Positions 17,181-27,062 of a stretch of DNA of 64,000 nt are shown here, one piece after another. Under the pieces are notes generated by a model. That model was not told where the DNA came from, made no database searches, and saw only the letters and a list, made by a program, of their open reading frames with translations. The number at the start of each line of letters is the position of its first letter. Position 1 is the stretch's first letter. The position numbers were made by a program, and so were the translations under genes. This DNA is from Nanobdellota archaeon (GTDB taxonomy: Archaea > Nanobdellota > Nanobdellia > Tiddalikarchaeales > Tiddalikarchaeaceae). The stretch is from assembly GCA_016931175.1 (NCBI GenBank), contig JAFGFH010000014.1:4553-68552 (forward strand), written 5' to 3'.

Positions 17181-18755
17181 TCATGAAATATCCACTGAAG
17201 GTGTGTCTCCTCCAGTAACTGCACCAATAGTGTTAAGTCCTAAACCATATTCTCCTAGGACATCAGTTAATCCTTCTGCAACGCTTCTGCCCGTGTCGCC
17301 GAAGTCGTTCAAGTCAACGCCTGTGAACCTGAAAACTAAGTCAAAAACTGGCTGAAGGTCTCCTGCTTGTGCTGATTGCACCGCGCTCATTGTGGTTGAA
17401 GCTAACTCTTCAACGTCTAAGCTAACAGAGGTAACATAACCCCATAAGAAGAATATTACGCATATTGCTGCGACTACGTAAGCAATTATTGTGCCAAGAA
17501 GAGGAATTGCTTGGACGTAAAAAGAGATGAGTATTGCACCTATTGTTCCAAGTATTGCGATTATTAATAGAACTATTGGTATCCACAACTCTGCTGCGTG
17601 CAGCGGGCCTCCTCCGAAAAACGCCCAAATGCTTGGAACAAAACCGAATCCTATTATTAAAGCCCACGCGATAATAGTTGCTTTAATGTCAAGCTTGCCT
17701 CTCGGTATTTTTCCTTCAATTTTTTTAAGCTTGTTTTTTAAATCATCAACATCTTTTGAACCACCGCTTCCTGTTGGGCTTACTGTTGGGAGTACTTTTT
17801 GTATTTTTGTAATAACTATAGTATTGGGCGCACTGGCTACTGGAGTCACTGCAGAAGGAAGATTTTTTGAAGCAGTTCCTGCAGCTGTTTTAATTGCTGC
17901 ACTCGCCATTCCAGCTGTTGCTGCTCCAGCAGCAGTTTGAAATCCAGTGCTCGCGGCAGCAGCGCCAATTGCTGCTCCTGCAACTGCGCCGCCAATTGCA
18001 GCACCAGCTGCTCCTACACCAGCACCAGGGGAAGATTTTCTTTTAAACTGCTCATTAACTAATTCATTCCTTCTTTTTCTAAGATTTAATAAAGAATCTA
18101 GCATGACTTGATTCCCTTTAGCGCTCATTTCATTTATTCTCTCAAATTTTCCAGTGCGCTTTTGCTCATCACCAATTTCTAATAATTCTTTTTCAATTTC
18201 ATTTAAACTCATATCCTTAGCAGGCTTATACCTTTTTTCATAAGAATAAAGCTCTCCCTCTGTATTAAACTTGTTTTGCAAACCCTTACTAAAATTATTA
18301 ATGCTGGTTTCTAAGTTTTGGATAAGAACTGCGTTTTTTGTCGGAGTATCACATGCTCTTTGTAACTCATTTAACTTATTCATAACATTTTCCAAGGCTT
18401 TTTTAGAATCAGTGGTTAATTCTATACGCAGTATTATATTTAATATATCATTAATGTTATCGCTTATACGTGATAATGTGAGAAAATAAGGTCTTAAAAC
18501 TGCAGTATATTCATTATTTAATATGTTTGGGTTGTCCTTCTTTAATTCATTAAATTCAATCCTTAATGGATTTACTCTGGATATCATAATTATGCTGTTT
18601 TGCAAAAGCCTTTCAACCTGATTAATAGTATTAACCTTTTTTTCTGAAATTATTTTGTTTAAGTTATTAAAAGCATCATTGGTGGCTTCCGTGGTTTCAA
18701 GAATTGTTGCTTTAAGATTTTCTAATTTTGTTTCAAGAACATCTTCATTAACCAT
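17181..18755 (-). CDS. Membrane protein with N-terminal coiled-coil region, central Gly/Ala-rich low-complexity linker and C-terminal transmembrane helices
   Basis: 524 aa. AGVGAAGAAIGGAVAGAAIGAAAAS linker encoded by a local GC-rich patch at 17.9-18.0 kb. Hydrophobic helices in the C-terminal third. Confidence 0.55.
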   Translation of the reverse strand: MVNEDVLETKLENLKATILETTEATNDAFNNLNKIISEKKVNTINQVERLLQNSIIMISRVNPLRIEFNELKKDNPNILNNEYTAVLRPYFLTLSRISDNINDILNIILRIELTTDSKKALENVMNKLNELQRACDTPTKNAVLIQNLETSINNFSKGLQNKFNTEGELYSYEKRYKPAKDMSLNEIEKELLEIGDEQKRTGKFERINEMSAKGNQVMLDSLLNLRKRRNELVNEQFKRKSSPGAGVGAAGAAIGGAVAGAAIGAAAASTGFQTAAGAATAGMASAAIKTAAGTASKNLPSAVTPVASAPNTIVITKIQKVLPTVSPTGSGGSKDVDDLKNKLKKIEGKIPRGKLDIKATIIAWALIIGFGFVPSIWAFFGGGPLHAAELWIPIVLLIIAILGTIGAILISFYVQAIPLLGTIIAYVVAAICVIFFLWGYVTSVSLDVEELASTTMSAVQSAQAGDLQPVFDLVFRFTGVDLNDFGDTGRSVAEGLTDVLGEYGLGLNTIGAVTGGDTPSVDIS

Positions 18756-18810
18756 TAATTATCTAAAATACCTTATTATTTTATAAATTTGAGCATTTAA
18801 TGATTATATT

Positions 18811-19587
18811 ATGGATGAGCTGGTTTTTCTCGGAAGTGGAGGAGGCAGGCATACTATGCTGTTTCAGTCCAGGAGCACTGCTGGTATTGTTTACAAGACT
18901 TGCAACCACCAAGTTCACATAGACCCTGGGCCTGGCGCTTTACTTAGGTGCAAGGAATGCAATATTTACCCTTTCAAGACTGATATTTTAATCGCTACTC
19001 ATAATCACATTGACCACGTTAATGACTTGAACGTCTTAATTGAAGGAATGAGCCAGGCAGCTGCAGTAAAGAAAGGAACATTAGTGACGAGCGAGGAGGT
19101 TTACGAAACGTGTGTTAGTGATTATCACAAGACTCTTGTTAAAGAGGTTAAATTACTCAAACCTGGAGAGGCGGCATTAATAAACGGGTTAAGGATAGAA
19201 GCGATTAAGGTGCAGCACAGCTTGCCTGGGGGTGTTGGTTACAAGTTTCACACGCCAAACTATTGCTTATATTATACCAGTGATACCAGCACCTATCCTG
19301 GTTTTGAAAATAATTTGAAAAAAGTTGACGTATTGATTGCTAACGTTATCAGACCAGGCGATAAGAAATGGGCAGGCCACATATGCAGTGATGACTTGGT
19401 AAGCGCTGTAAGGAACAGCAAGCATAATATTAAACTTATAATAATTAATCATTTCGGAACATTAATGTTAAGAGCTGACCCTGAAGTTGAAGCTGAGAGG
19501 ATAATGGCTGAAACAGGCGTTAAGACAGTGGCTGCGAGCGACTCTTTAATTATTAAATTAAATGACAGCGTCTCATTGAGAGAATAA
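18811..19587 (+). CDS. Metallo-beta-lactamase-fold hydrolase
   Basis: LGSGGG N-terminus and HNHIDH (HxHxDH) motif. 258 aa. Confidence 0.6.
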   Translation: MDELVFLGSGGGRHTMLFQSRSTAGIVYKTCNHQVHIDPGPGALLRCKECNIYPFKTDILIATHNHIDHVNDLNVLIEGMSQAAAVKKGTLVTSEEVYETCVSDYHKTLVKEVKLLKPGEAALINGLRIEAIKVQHSLPGGVGYKFHTPNYCLYYTSDTSTYPGFENNLKKVDVLIANVIRPGDKKWAGHICSDDLVSAVRNSKHNIKLIIINHFGTLMLRADPEVEAERIMAETGVKTVAASDSLIIKLNDSVSLRE

Positions 19588-19857
19588 GTAGACAGCAATT
19601 AAGAAAATTATTATTACTACCACTATTATCAAAAATATGCTTAATGTGTATTTTCTCTCTTTGTCTTCTGCAAGCTTTAACTCTAAAGGGCTTTCACCAA
19701 AGGAAATTGGGCTCTCTTCTTCAAAGCCAACGATTGGTTTAATCTTGTCATAGATTCCCGGCTTTTCAATTTTTAACCTGTTCATGAAGTCCTTGAACTC
19801 TTCAGGTTTCTCCTTCTTCATAATGTTAAGCTTGGTTACTAAATCGTTAAGCTCCAT
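19573..19857 (-). CDS. Small protein with C-terminal transmembrane helix
   Basis: 94 aa ORF. C-terminal helix LIIVVVIIIFLIAVYLF. Confidence 0.35.
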   Translation of the reverse strand: MELNDLVTKLNIMKKEKPEEFKDFMNRLKIEKPGIYDKIKPIVGFEEESPISFGESPLELKLAEDKERKYTLSIFLIIVVVIIIFLIAVYLFSQ

Positions 19858-19921
19858 TATATAAGAAGTTAATAAAGCGTATTTTAAAAAGACTTAGTTA
19901 AGCTTTAAAAAGAAGAAAGGG

Positions 19922-21037
19922 GTGTTTTATATTATGGAGTTAAGTACTGAAGACAGTTATATGATAAACAAGCTTATAAGACGTTTAAGCAAGGTTAAAG
20001 CGAGCGCTACTGAGCTGGTTTCGCTTTACATACCTTCAGGTTTTGACATAAGCACGGTTAAGAATCAGTTAACGCAGGAATTATCCTTGAGCGCAAACAT
20101 AAAAAGCAAGCAGACAAGGAAGGCCGTTCTAAGCAGTATTGAAAAGACTTTACGGGAACTGCAGAAGTACCAGAAGACTCCTGAAAACGGTTTAATAATA
20201 TTCTGCGGTGACGTGGACCAGCAGGTTGGCAAGTCAAACACTGAAATCTTCGTGCTGGACAACTTGCCTGCCCCGGTTAGTGTTAGAATGTACAGGACAG
20301 AGCCTGTTTTTATTCTCGACCCTTTAAAGGACATGATTGAGTCAAAAAACGTTTACGCTCTTATTAGTATTGACAAGAACGATGCTGCTATTGCAATAAT
20401 GAAAGGCACTAGTGTGAGAGTAGTTGCAAAGCTTGGCAGTTTAATACCTGGAAAGTTCAGGGCGGGAGGGCAAAGTGCTGCTCGTTTCAGCAGGGTAAGG
20501 GATAATCTTACTAAGGCTTGGTATGAAGAGGTTAGTTTGAAGGCGAACGAGGTCTTAATGCCTATAAAAGATTTGAAAGGGATTGTTGTTGGGGGTCCAA
20601 GCCAGACAAAGGATTCTTTCTTAAGAGAGGAGAAGTTAAGTAATGAGTTGAAAAAAAAGGTCTTGGCAGTTTTAGACACTGGTTACGCGGGAGAGGACGG
20701 CATCAAGGAATTGGTTAACAAGAGCGAGGAAGTATTCCAGCAGGAAGAGATATTTATAGAAAAGAGGTTGTTAAAAGAGTTCTTCACAAGACTTGGCAGG
20801 GGTGAAAAAGTAACATATGGTTTAGAAACTATTATTGAAGCTATTAAGATAGGCGCGGTTGACAAGGTTTTATTAAGCGAGAGTTTGCCTGATGAGACTA
20901 TTGACAAAATAATGAGTTTGGCAAAGAATTATAAAACAAGTGTTGTAATGATTTCTACAAATACTGAGGAAGGAGAGCAGTTAAAATTAATGGGCGGAGC
21001 AGGCGCCTTCTTAAGATACAGTATTGGAGAGGCGTGA
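19922..21037 (+). CDS. prf1: Peptide chain release factor aRF1
   Basis: NIKS motif (SANIKSKQ) and GGQ motif (GGQSAARF). Real start may be the Met at 19934. Confidence 0.9.
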   Translation: MFYIMELSTEDSYMINKLIRRLSKVKASATELVSLYIPSGFDISTVKNQLTQELSLSANIKSKQTRKAVLSSIEKTLRELQKYQKTPENGLIIFCGDVDQQVGKSNTEIFVLDNLPAPVSVRMYRTEPVFILDPLKDMIESKNVYALISIDKNDAAIAIMKGTSVRVVAKLGSLIPGKFRAGGQSAARFSRVRDNLTKAWYEEVSLKANEVLMPIKDLKGIVVGGPSQTKDSFLREEKLSNELKKKVLAVLDTGYAGEDGIKELVNKSEEVFQQEEIFIEKRLLKEFFTRLGRGEKVTYGLETIIEAIKIGAVDKVLLSESLPDETIDKIMSLAKNYKTSVVMISTNTEEGEQLKLMGGAGAFLRYSIGEA

Positions 21038-21073
21038 AAGCTTATTTAAACAAAGAACTATTAACATATTTTT

Positions 21074-21283
21074 ATGAGCGAAGTATCTTTGCGGGCTGCT
21101 GAAAAACTGTTAAAAAAAGCTGGTTGCAAGAGGATAAGTGTTGAAGCTTGCAAAGAGTTGCAGAAGGTTCTTGAGAAAAAAGCCGTTGATTTGGGAAAGA
21201 TTGCCTGGAAACTCACAAAACATGCTAAGAGAAGAACTGTTTTGGCAGATGATGTTAAACTTGCAAGTGAAACAATGCTTTAA
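21074..21283 (+). CDS. Archaeal histone (histone-fold protein)
   Basis: 69 aa. ...KISVEACKELQKVLE...LTKHAKRRTVLADDVKLA matches the HMf-type histone fold pattern. Confidence 0.8.
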   Translation: MSEVSLRAAEKLLKKAGCKRISVEACKELQKVLEKKAVDLGKIAWKLTKHAKRRTVLADDVKLASETML

Positions 21284-21324
21284 TCAAAAATCTTTAAAAA
21301 GGGTGGTATATTCTTTTTTCAATT

Positions 21325-21726
21325 ATGAGTGGAGAAGTTAAACCAGTAGATGTTCACAGCATAAAACCTGGCAGGTATATTGTAATGGAAGGCGTGCCTT
21401 GCCTGGTTAAGGATATTAAATCAAGCGCTCCTGGAAAGCACGGGCATGCAAAGTTCAGAATAGAAGCAGTAGGCATCTTTGACGGCAAGAAGAGAGTAGA
21501 GGTTAAGAGCAGCCATACCCGTTGTGAAGTGCCTGTTATTGAGAAGAAAAGCGCTCAAGTTCTCAGCATGACCGAGGATAAGATTCAAGTTATGGACATG
21601 ACTACTTATGAAACATTCGAGCTGCCAATGCCTGAAGAAGAAGAGGTTAAGGAGAAAGTAACTGAAGGTGTTGAAGTAGTTTACTGGGACGTAATGGGTA
21701 CAAAGCAGATAAAAGGCATAAAGTAA
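21325..21726 (+). CDS. Translation initiation factor 5A (aIF5A)
   Basis: Hypusination loop SAPGKHGHAKF within an SH3-like N-domain. 133 aa. Confidence 0.9.
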   Translation: MSGEVKPVDVHSIKPGRYIVMEGVPCLVKDIKSSAPGKHGHAKFRIEAVGIFDGKKRVEVKSSHTRCEVPVIEKKSAQVLSMTEDKIQVMDMTTYETFELPMPEEEEVKEKVTEGVEVVYWDVMGTKQIKGIK

Positions 21727-21761
21727 AGTTTTTTAAGCCAATCTTTTTCTTAATTTTACTT

Positions 21762-22037
21762 ATGGGTTTTGAATTCAGCAAGTACTTAACTCCTTGGGTT
21801 GTTGGAGGAGCAATACTTTTAACAACAGTGGGAGTAAGCAGAAACGTCTGGGAAGACTTACTGCAGGGAACAGTAATAGACGGGGTTCAAACAATTAATC
21901 TGGCAGTTAACACTTTAATATTCGTATTATTCTTGTCAATAATGCTCGTGCCTTCTATAAGAGATAATATTAACAAGATGATAAACAAGATTTTTGAGTA
22001 CCCTATGAAGGTTATTGAAAACTTTTTCAAGGTTTAA
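21762..22037 (+). CDS. Small membrane protein
   Basis: 91 aa with two hydrophobic helices. Confidence 0.3.
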   Translation: MGFEFSKYLTPWVVGGAILLTTVGVSRNVWEDLLQGTVIDGVQTINLAVNTLIFVLFLSIMLVPSIRDNINKMINKIFEYPMKVIENFFKV

Positions 22038-23068
22038 TCCTTGTCCCCGTACTGGACCTCGTTGAATATTACTGCTAATTCGTTTTCGAAGTTAATGTTT
22101 GATATTAACTTATTGGTTATGACTTCAACAGTGTTGCTGAAGTCGTTAAAAGATGTTCTGCCGTAGACAATAACCTCTTTTCCCAAGACTCTTTCTGTAA
22201 CGTGCTCTATTGGGTAGCTTGAGTCTTCGTGGCTGTCTGCTAAATCAACAGCTTCTTTTGTGGAGATGCCTAAAAGTTCTTCTGCATCCCTGCCGAAACT
22301 AGTGCATCTCACATTATTCGTGCCGTCGTCTAATACAAAAGATACAAATAATTTCTTATTGGGTTCTATCCTTCCGTGCTCTTTGCACATGTAGATTCCT
22401 TCATCAAGTTTGACGCTCTTGCCGCAGTCAGGGCAGACGTTAAAGAAGCAGTTCTTCTTGAAAACGTTCACAACCACTCCTAAGACCTTAATGTTCATGT
22501 CCCTCTTCAGCTCAATTAAATCTATCCTCTCGCTCTGCCTTTGAACCTTGCTGGCTGAAGGAATCGATTTAGGGTCAATGTCTTCAGGGTTTATTCTAAC
22601 CTTTGTTCTGTAACTGATATGAAGCTCTAACTTGCCGAACTTGTTCTCTTTAACGTAAGCATTAATTACCTTAATTATGTCTCCTTCCTTAATATTCTTA
22701 AACACGGGAATTGAGTCCTCCCAGAAGACTATTCTGACAAAGCCTGTGCCGTCGCTTATGCTTAAAGCTGCAACCTGTGACTCTTTTCCTTCTTTTTGAA
22801 AACTATTAATAGGATATATGTCAACTACTCTTCCCATAACTATTACGTTGCGCAGCCCGCCGACGAGGTTCTTAATGTTAACGTAATCCTGGCTAGCGTC
22901 ACTGTCTATTAAGCTGACTCCTAACTCGTTAGCTATGATGTGGGCCGCTCCTTCCTTGCTGACCAGCTTGTCCAATTCTTTAATCTTGTCTTCAATCTTG
23001 CTAGTTAAGAGTTTTCTGTCTATCCCTGTGCTTTTTACAATTCTTTCAATAATTGTTTCATAATCCAT
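22034..23068 (-). CDS. Replication protein A-like ssDNA-binding protein with zinc ribbon
   Basis: N-terminal helical region typical of archaeal RPA (…KIKELDKLVSKEGAAHIIANELGVSL). OB-fold-like repeats. CPDCGKSVKLDEGIYMCKEHG zinc finger. Confidence 0.55.
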   Translation of the reverse strand: MDYETIIERIVKSTGIDRKLLTSKIEDKIKELDKLVSKEGAAHIIANELGVSLIDSDASQDYVNIKNLVGGLRNVIVMGRVVDIYPINSFQKEGKESQVAALSISDGTGFVRIVFWEDSIPVFKNIKEGDIIKVINAYVKENKFGKLELHISYRTKVRINPEDIDPKSIPSASKVQRQSERIDLIELKRDMNIKVLGVVVNVFKKNCFFNVCPDCGKSVKLDEGIYMCKEHGRIEPNKKLFVSFVLDDGTNNVRCTSFGRDAEELLGISTKEAVDLADSHEDSSYPIEHVTERVLGKEVIVYGRTSFNDFSNTVEVITNKLISNINFENELAVIFNEVQYGDKD

Positions 23069-23177
23069 TATTAATACTAGAATAAGTGTTTTTATTTTAA
23101 AGATTTAGTATGTAAATTATTCACTTAAGAGTGTATAATAAAGTTTTTAAAAGAATTATTTTACGGGGTTATTCAGC

Positions 23178-23381
23178 ATGAGTGAGAACATAAACAGTTT
23201 AAATTACAAGTATGACAAGCTGATTGAAGAGTTGTACGAGGAAGTATTATGCGACAAGTGCAGAAGGACGATTAAACTGGGAAATATTGAGGGGAAAATC
23301 ACTAATGTATTAAACAATGAAACCCTGTTCTTGTGCAAGGAATGCAACAACAAACTAATAAAAGAGATTAAGAAGGTTTGA
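23178..23381 (+). CDS. Small zinc-ribbon protein (CDKC...CKEC)
   Basis: 67 aa with two CxxC pairs. Confidence 0.35.
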   Translation: MSENINSLNYKYDKLIEELYEEVLCDKCRRTIKLGNIEGKITNVLNNETLFLCKECNNKLIKEIKKV

Positions 23382-23392
23382 AAAAAAAAAAT
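23382..23392 (-). terminator. Oligo-T tract (minus strand) directly after the P-type ATPase stop
   Basis: An 11-nt A run on the + strand gives a T run on the coding strand of the minus-strand gene. Archaeal terminators are oligo-T. Confidence 0.35.
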
Positions 23393-26112
23393 TACTGCGC
23401 GCTTGCCTTCTTCAACCCAATGTTTAAATCTTTATGGAACCATTTAGGTATTATTAACAATCCTCCGCTTGCAAATAAGAACACTAATCCTATCTCTGCA
23501 AGATTTAAAGGAACAGTTTTGAACAAAAGGTTAAATAATGGGTTGTAAATGAACATGAACTGTAAAAACATGGAGCCTATAAATGCTGCTGTGAGCCACT
23601 TGTTTGAAAAGAAGGTGTCTTTAAATCCTATTCTCCATATGCCTTTATCATCATCCCTGCAGTTGAAAACGAAGAAGAGTTCAAATATTATAGCGCCTGA
23701 GATTGCCATTGTCCTCGCCTTTGCGAGCGCTAATTCTGAGCCGTCAATAAAGTATCCTTCATAGTTTAATGATATCATGAAAAGAGTTATGCTTGAAACT
23801 GCTTGAACAAGCCCTGCTATTATGATAAACAAACCAATCTCTCTGATTAAACTTCTCTTCGGATTTCTTGGCTTCTTATTCATTATTTCTTTTGCCGGAG
23901 GGTCAACGCTTAAAGCGAGCGCGGGAAGCCCGTCTGTTATCAGATTCATCCAGAGTATGTGAATAGGAATGTAAGGTAACGGCAAACCAAGAATTAAAGA
24001 CAAACTGATTATATTTATTGTGTCAACGTTAGAAGCCAAGAGAAATTTTATGAACTTCTTTATATTGTCAAATATTCCTCTCCCCTCCTTAACTGCTTTA
24101 ACAATTGTTGAAAAATTATCATCTGTTAATACCATCTCGCTAGCTTCCTTGCTTACGTCTGTTCCAGTAACTCCCATAGCAACACCAATATGTGCTGATT
24201 TCAAAGCAGGAGCATCATTAACCCCGTCACCTGTTACTGCAACTATCTCCCCTTTATTTTTAAGTTCATTAACTATTCTCAGTTTGTTCTCAGGACTTAT
24301 TCTCGCAAACAAGTTAACTGTTTTAACAATTTTTTTGAACTCTTCTTCGCTCATCTTGTCCAATTCCTGGCTGGTTATGCTTAAATCATTCTCATCTATC
24401 AAACCAATACTTAAACCCACTGCTCTAGCTGTGGCAATATAATCTCCTGTAAGCATCATAACTCTTATGCCTGCTTTCTTGCAAAGATTAATTGCATCCT
24501 TAACCTCTAATCTCGGAGGGTCTATCATACCAACAAGTCCTAGAAATACTAAATCCTTTTCTAAGGATTCATCAAACTTTGAAACATTGTTATCAATCGG
24601 CTTATATGCTAAACCAAGAACTCTTAATGCCTGGGATGCCAATTCATCATTCTTTTCTAATATTTTCTTTCTCTGGCTGCTGGTTAACTTAACTATCTTG
24701 CCTTTGTTTAAATAATGAGTGCATAAGTTAAGCATCATGTCAGGCGCGCCTTTAGTGTAAACAAAATTTTCTTCCTTCTTCTTTAAAACAACACTCATCC
24801 TTTTCCTTTTAGAGTTGAAGCTTATCTCTGCAAGCTGCTTGTAATCATCTTTTAAATCCAAGTAATTAATCCCTGCTTTGCTGGCAAGGACTAGCAAACT
24901 TCCTTCAGTAGGGTCTCCGACAACACTGCAGCAGCCGTTGTCATTATTAATATAAGCATTATTGCATAATGCCCCAACTTCGAATAATAAATTAAGATTA
25001 GAAGGATTAAACTTTTCTCCATTAATCAAGAACTCTCCTTTTACCTCATAACCTGAACCTGTAACTTCGTACTCTTTATCTCCGTCAAATATTTTAGTCA
25101 CCGTCATCTCATTCTTTGTTAACGTGCCTGTCTTGTCAGAACAAATAACTGTCACATTTCCAAGTGTTTGAACAGCAGATAATTTTCTAACCACTGCGTT
25201 CTTCTTAGCCATTCTCTGCATGCCTATTGCAAGGGTTACTGTAATAACTGCAGGCAGCCCTTCTGGAACTGCTGCTACTGCCAAGCTCACGCTTGTAAGA
25301 AACATCTCTGAAACTTCGTGATTAAATATTATTCCGAGTAAGAAGACAAAAGTAACTAATATTACTACTATTATTGCCAAATACTTTGCCAATACTGCAA
25401 TCTCTTTCTGCAAAGGAGTCTCCTCCCTCTCTGTTGACTGAACTTCTTTAGCTATTTGACCTATCTCAGTTTCCATACCTGTGGCGCATACAACTCCAAC
25501 TCCTTTGCCGTAAGTTACTATAGAACCCATGTATACTATGTTCTTCCTGTCAGCAACACCAACCTCTTTTTCTAACTTCTCAGTTACCTTCTCAACACTG
25601 ATGCTTTCTCCTGTCAAATGCGCCTGGTCTACTTTTAAACCAACACTTTCAATAAGCCTTATGTTTGCTGGAACCCTGTCGCCAACATTCAAAACAACTA
25701 TGTCTCCTTTAACTAATTCCCTGCTGAAAACCTCCCTCTCCTTGCCTTCTCTTATTACAACAGCGTGCGGCGCGGCTAGACTAAGTAAGGCCTCCATTGC
25801 TTTTTCAGCCCTGTATTCTTGAATAAAACCCAGAACTGCATTTATTACAAGTATTACCAGTATTACTGTAGCGTCAAGCAGTTCTCCAATCATGAAAGAA
25901 ACTATTGTTGCAAACAACAGCATGAAAACCATTATGTTCTTGAATTGGGAGAAAAATATTTGCAAAGGAGTCACCTTCTTCTCACTAACAAGTTCATTAG
26001 GGCCTTGCCTCTCAAACCTCTTCTTAGCTTCCTGGTTTGACAAACCCTTTTTTGAGGTGTTTAATTCTTTTAAGGACTCTGAAACAGAGATATCGTGAAA
26101 AGTTTTAACCAT
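23392..26112 (-). CDS. P-type cation-transporting ATPase (P2-type, Ca2+/cation pump-like)
   Basis: 906 aa. DKTGTLT phosphorylation motif, PEGLP, TGDGVNDAPAL hinge motif, and about 10 transmembrane segments. Confidence 0.85.
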   Translation of the reverse strand: MVKTFHDISVSESLKELNTSKKGLSNQEAKKRFERQGPNELVSEKKVTPLQIFFSQFKNIMVFMLLFATIVSFMIGELLDATVILVILVINAVLGFIQEYRAEKAMEALLSLAAPHAVVIREGKEREVFSRELVKGDIVVLNVGDRVPANIRLIESVGLKVDQAHLTGESISVEKVTEKLEKEVGVADRKNIVYMGSIVTYGKGVGVVCATGMETEIGQIAKEVQSTEREETPLQKEIAVLAKYLAIIVVILVTFVFLLGIIFNHEVSEMFLTSVSLAVAAVPEGLPAVITVTLAIGMQRMAKKNAVVRKLSAVQTLGNVTVICSDKTGTLTKNEMTVTKIFDGDKEYEVTGSGYEVKGEFLINGEKFNPSNLNLLFEVGALCNNAYINNDNGCCSVVGDPTEGSLLVLASKAGINYLDLKDDYKQLAEISFNSKRKRMSVVLKKKEENFVYTKGAPDMMLNLCTHYLNKGKIVKLTSSQRKKILEKNDELASQALRVLGLAYKPIDNNVSKFDESLEKDLVFLGLVGMIDPPRLEVKDAINLCKKAGIRVMMLTGDYIATARAVGLSIGLIDENDLSITSQELDKMSEEEFKKIVKTVNLFARISPENKLRIVNELKNKGEIVAVTGDGVNDAPALKSAHIGVAMGVTGTDVSKEASEMVLTDDNFSTIVKAVKEGRGIFDNIKKFIKFLLASNVDTINIISLSLILGLPLPYIPIHILWMNLITDGLPALALSVDPPAKEIMNKKPRNPKRSLIREIGLFIIIAGLVQAVSSITLFMISLNYEGYFIDGSELALAKARTMAISGAIIFELFFVFNCRDDDKGIWRIGFKDTFFSNKWLTAAFIGSMFLQFMFIYNPLFNLLFKTVPLNLAEIGLVFLFASGGLLIIPKWFHKDLNIGLKKASAQ

Positions 26113-26225
26113 TATTTTTATTGATTTGTAGATTATTTAAAAAGGTTTTAAATAATAGAAGAAACCAGACAATTATTTACAATATTGTAAAAAAATATAA
26201 AAATGTAAGGTGATTAATCCATCCT

Positions 26226-26774
26226 ATGAAAGGCAGACCAGAAGGCAGCATTATTAGAAACAGATTAATAGCTATACTTCAAAGAGTGAGAACTAGTTAC
26301 GGGTATGAACTTTACAAATTATATAAGGAAATCTTTGGGAACGTTCATATAAGAACCATATATTATAATCTAAAAAAAGGCATTGAAAAAGAGGAAATAA
26401 TAGTTGTTAATGTTGCAAGAGAGTTGGGAGATTATTCATGGGGTGATGAGGTTGAAAAAGTGTATTATAGTGTTGGCCCTTACGCAAACCAAACCCTTTC
26501 CAAAAAAGACGTTGAAAAAATAAATGAAATAAAAAATAAAGAGAATAATATTAAGATAGATTGGAAGAAAGAGGTAACAAATATTGTTAACCAGTACAGG
26601 AAAGAGTTCAATGATTATAAGGAAAGGTATGAAAAATTGTCCAATCAAGGAAAGAAATTATTGAAACAGAGGCTTGAAGAAAAATATAAGAAAATAAAAA
26701 AGTACAGTTCTGACAAGATAAGTGAAAACGATTTGAATACTTTAATAAAAGATTCTAACCCCCAGACCCTTTGA
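26226..26774 (+). CDS. PadR-like winged-helix protein with C-terminal coiled coil
   Basis: N-terminus IRNRLIAILQRVRTSYGYELYKLYKEIFG...IYYNLKKGIEKEEI fits the PadR wHTH pattern. The 3' end overlaps the left ORB-like repeat of the putative origin. Confidence 0.45.
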   Translation: MKGRPEGSIIRNRLIAILQRVRTSYGYELYKLYKEIFGNVHIRTIYYNLKKGIEKEEIIVVNVARELGDYSWGDEVEKVYYSVGPYANQTLSKKDVEKINEIKNKENNIKIDWKKEVTNIVNQYRKEFNDYKERYEKLSNQGKKLLKQRLEEKYKKIKKYSSDKISENDLNTLIKDSNPQTL

Positions 26775-26985
26775 TTTCTTGTGGAACTTATGGAGAACGC
26801 GTTTTAAGTGAAAATGTTTCAACTCCTTTATTTCCTCTGGAAATAAGTTATAAAAAGGTTTAAAGCTGTTGTTCCTTTAGAAAAATAAAAGTTTTTATAA
26901 AATCTTCTTGTTTTATATTATATATATTATTTACCATATAGTAAATATATATTATATATGAAGAACTTCCACAAGAACGAAACCC
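26758..26985. other. Putative replication origin (oriC): inverted ORB-like repeats flanking an AT-rich DUE, immediately upstream of orc1/cdc6
   Basis: TTCTTGTGGAA (26776-26786) and TTCCACAAGAA (26967-26977) are an exact inverted 11-mer. The left copy, read on the minus strand, is TTCCACAAGAAatcAAAGGGTCTGGGGG, i.e. an ORB-like core plus G-string. About 160 bp of nearly pure AT lies between them, including the palindrome-like ATTTACCATATAGTAAAT. Confidence 0.55.
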
Positions 26986-27062
26986 TCTAAACCAACAACT
27001 CCATATGAAACAAAGGTGTATCTGTGGTTTTATTACAGAAATATTTATAAGCTCTCTTTCCT

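Noticed and set aside
17880-18020. GC-rich repetitive patch (GCAGCTGC-like) that could be mistaken for an rRNA/ncRNA fragment or CRISPR-like repeat
   Set aside because: It is in frame within the 17181-18755 ORF and encodes the Gly/Ala linker. Units are irregular, with no spacer/repeat periodicity.
23381-23392. Poly-A run as a possible homopolymer sequencing artefact or frameshift site
   Set aside because: It is intergenic, between the stops of convergent genes, and is consistent with an oligo-T terminator for the minus-strand ATPase gene.
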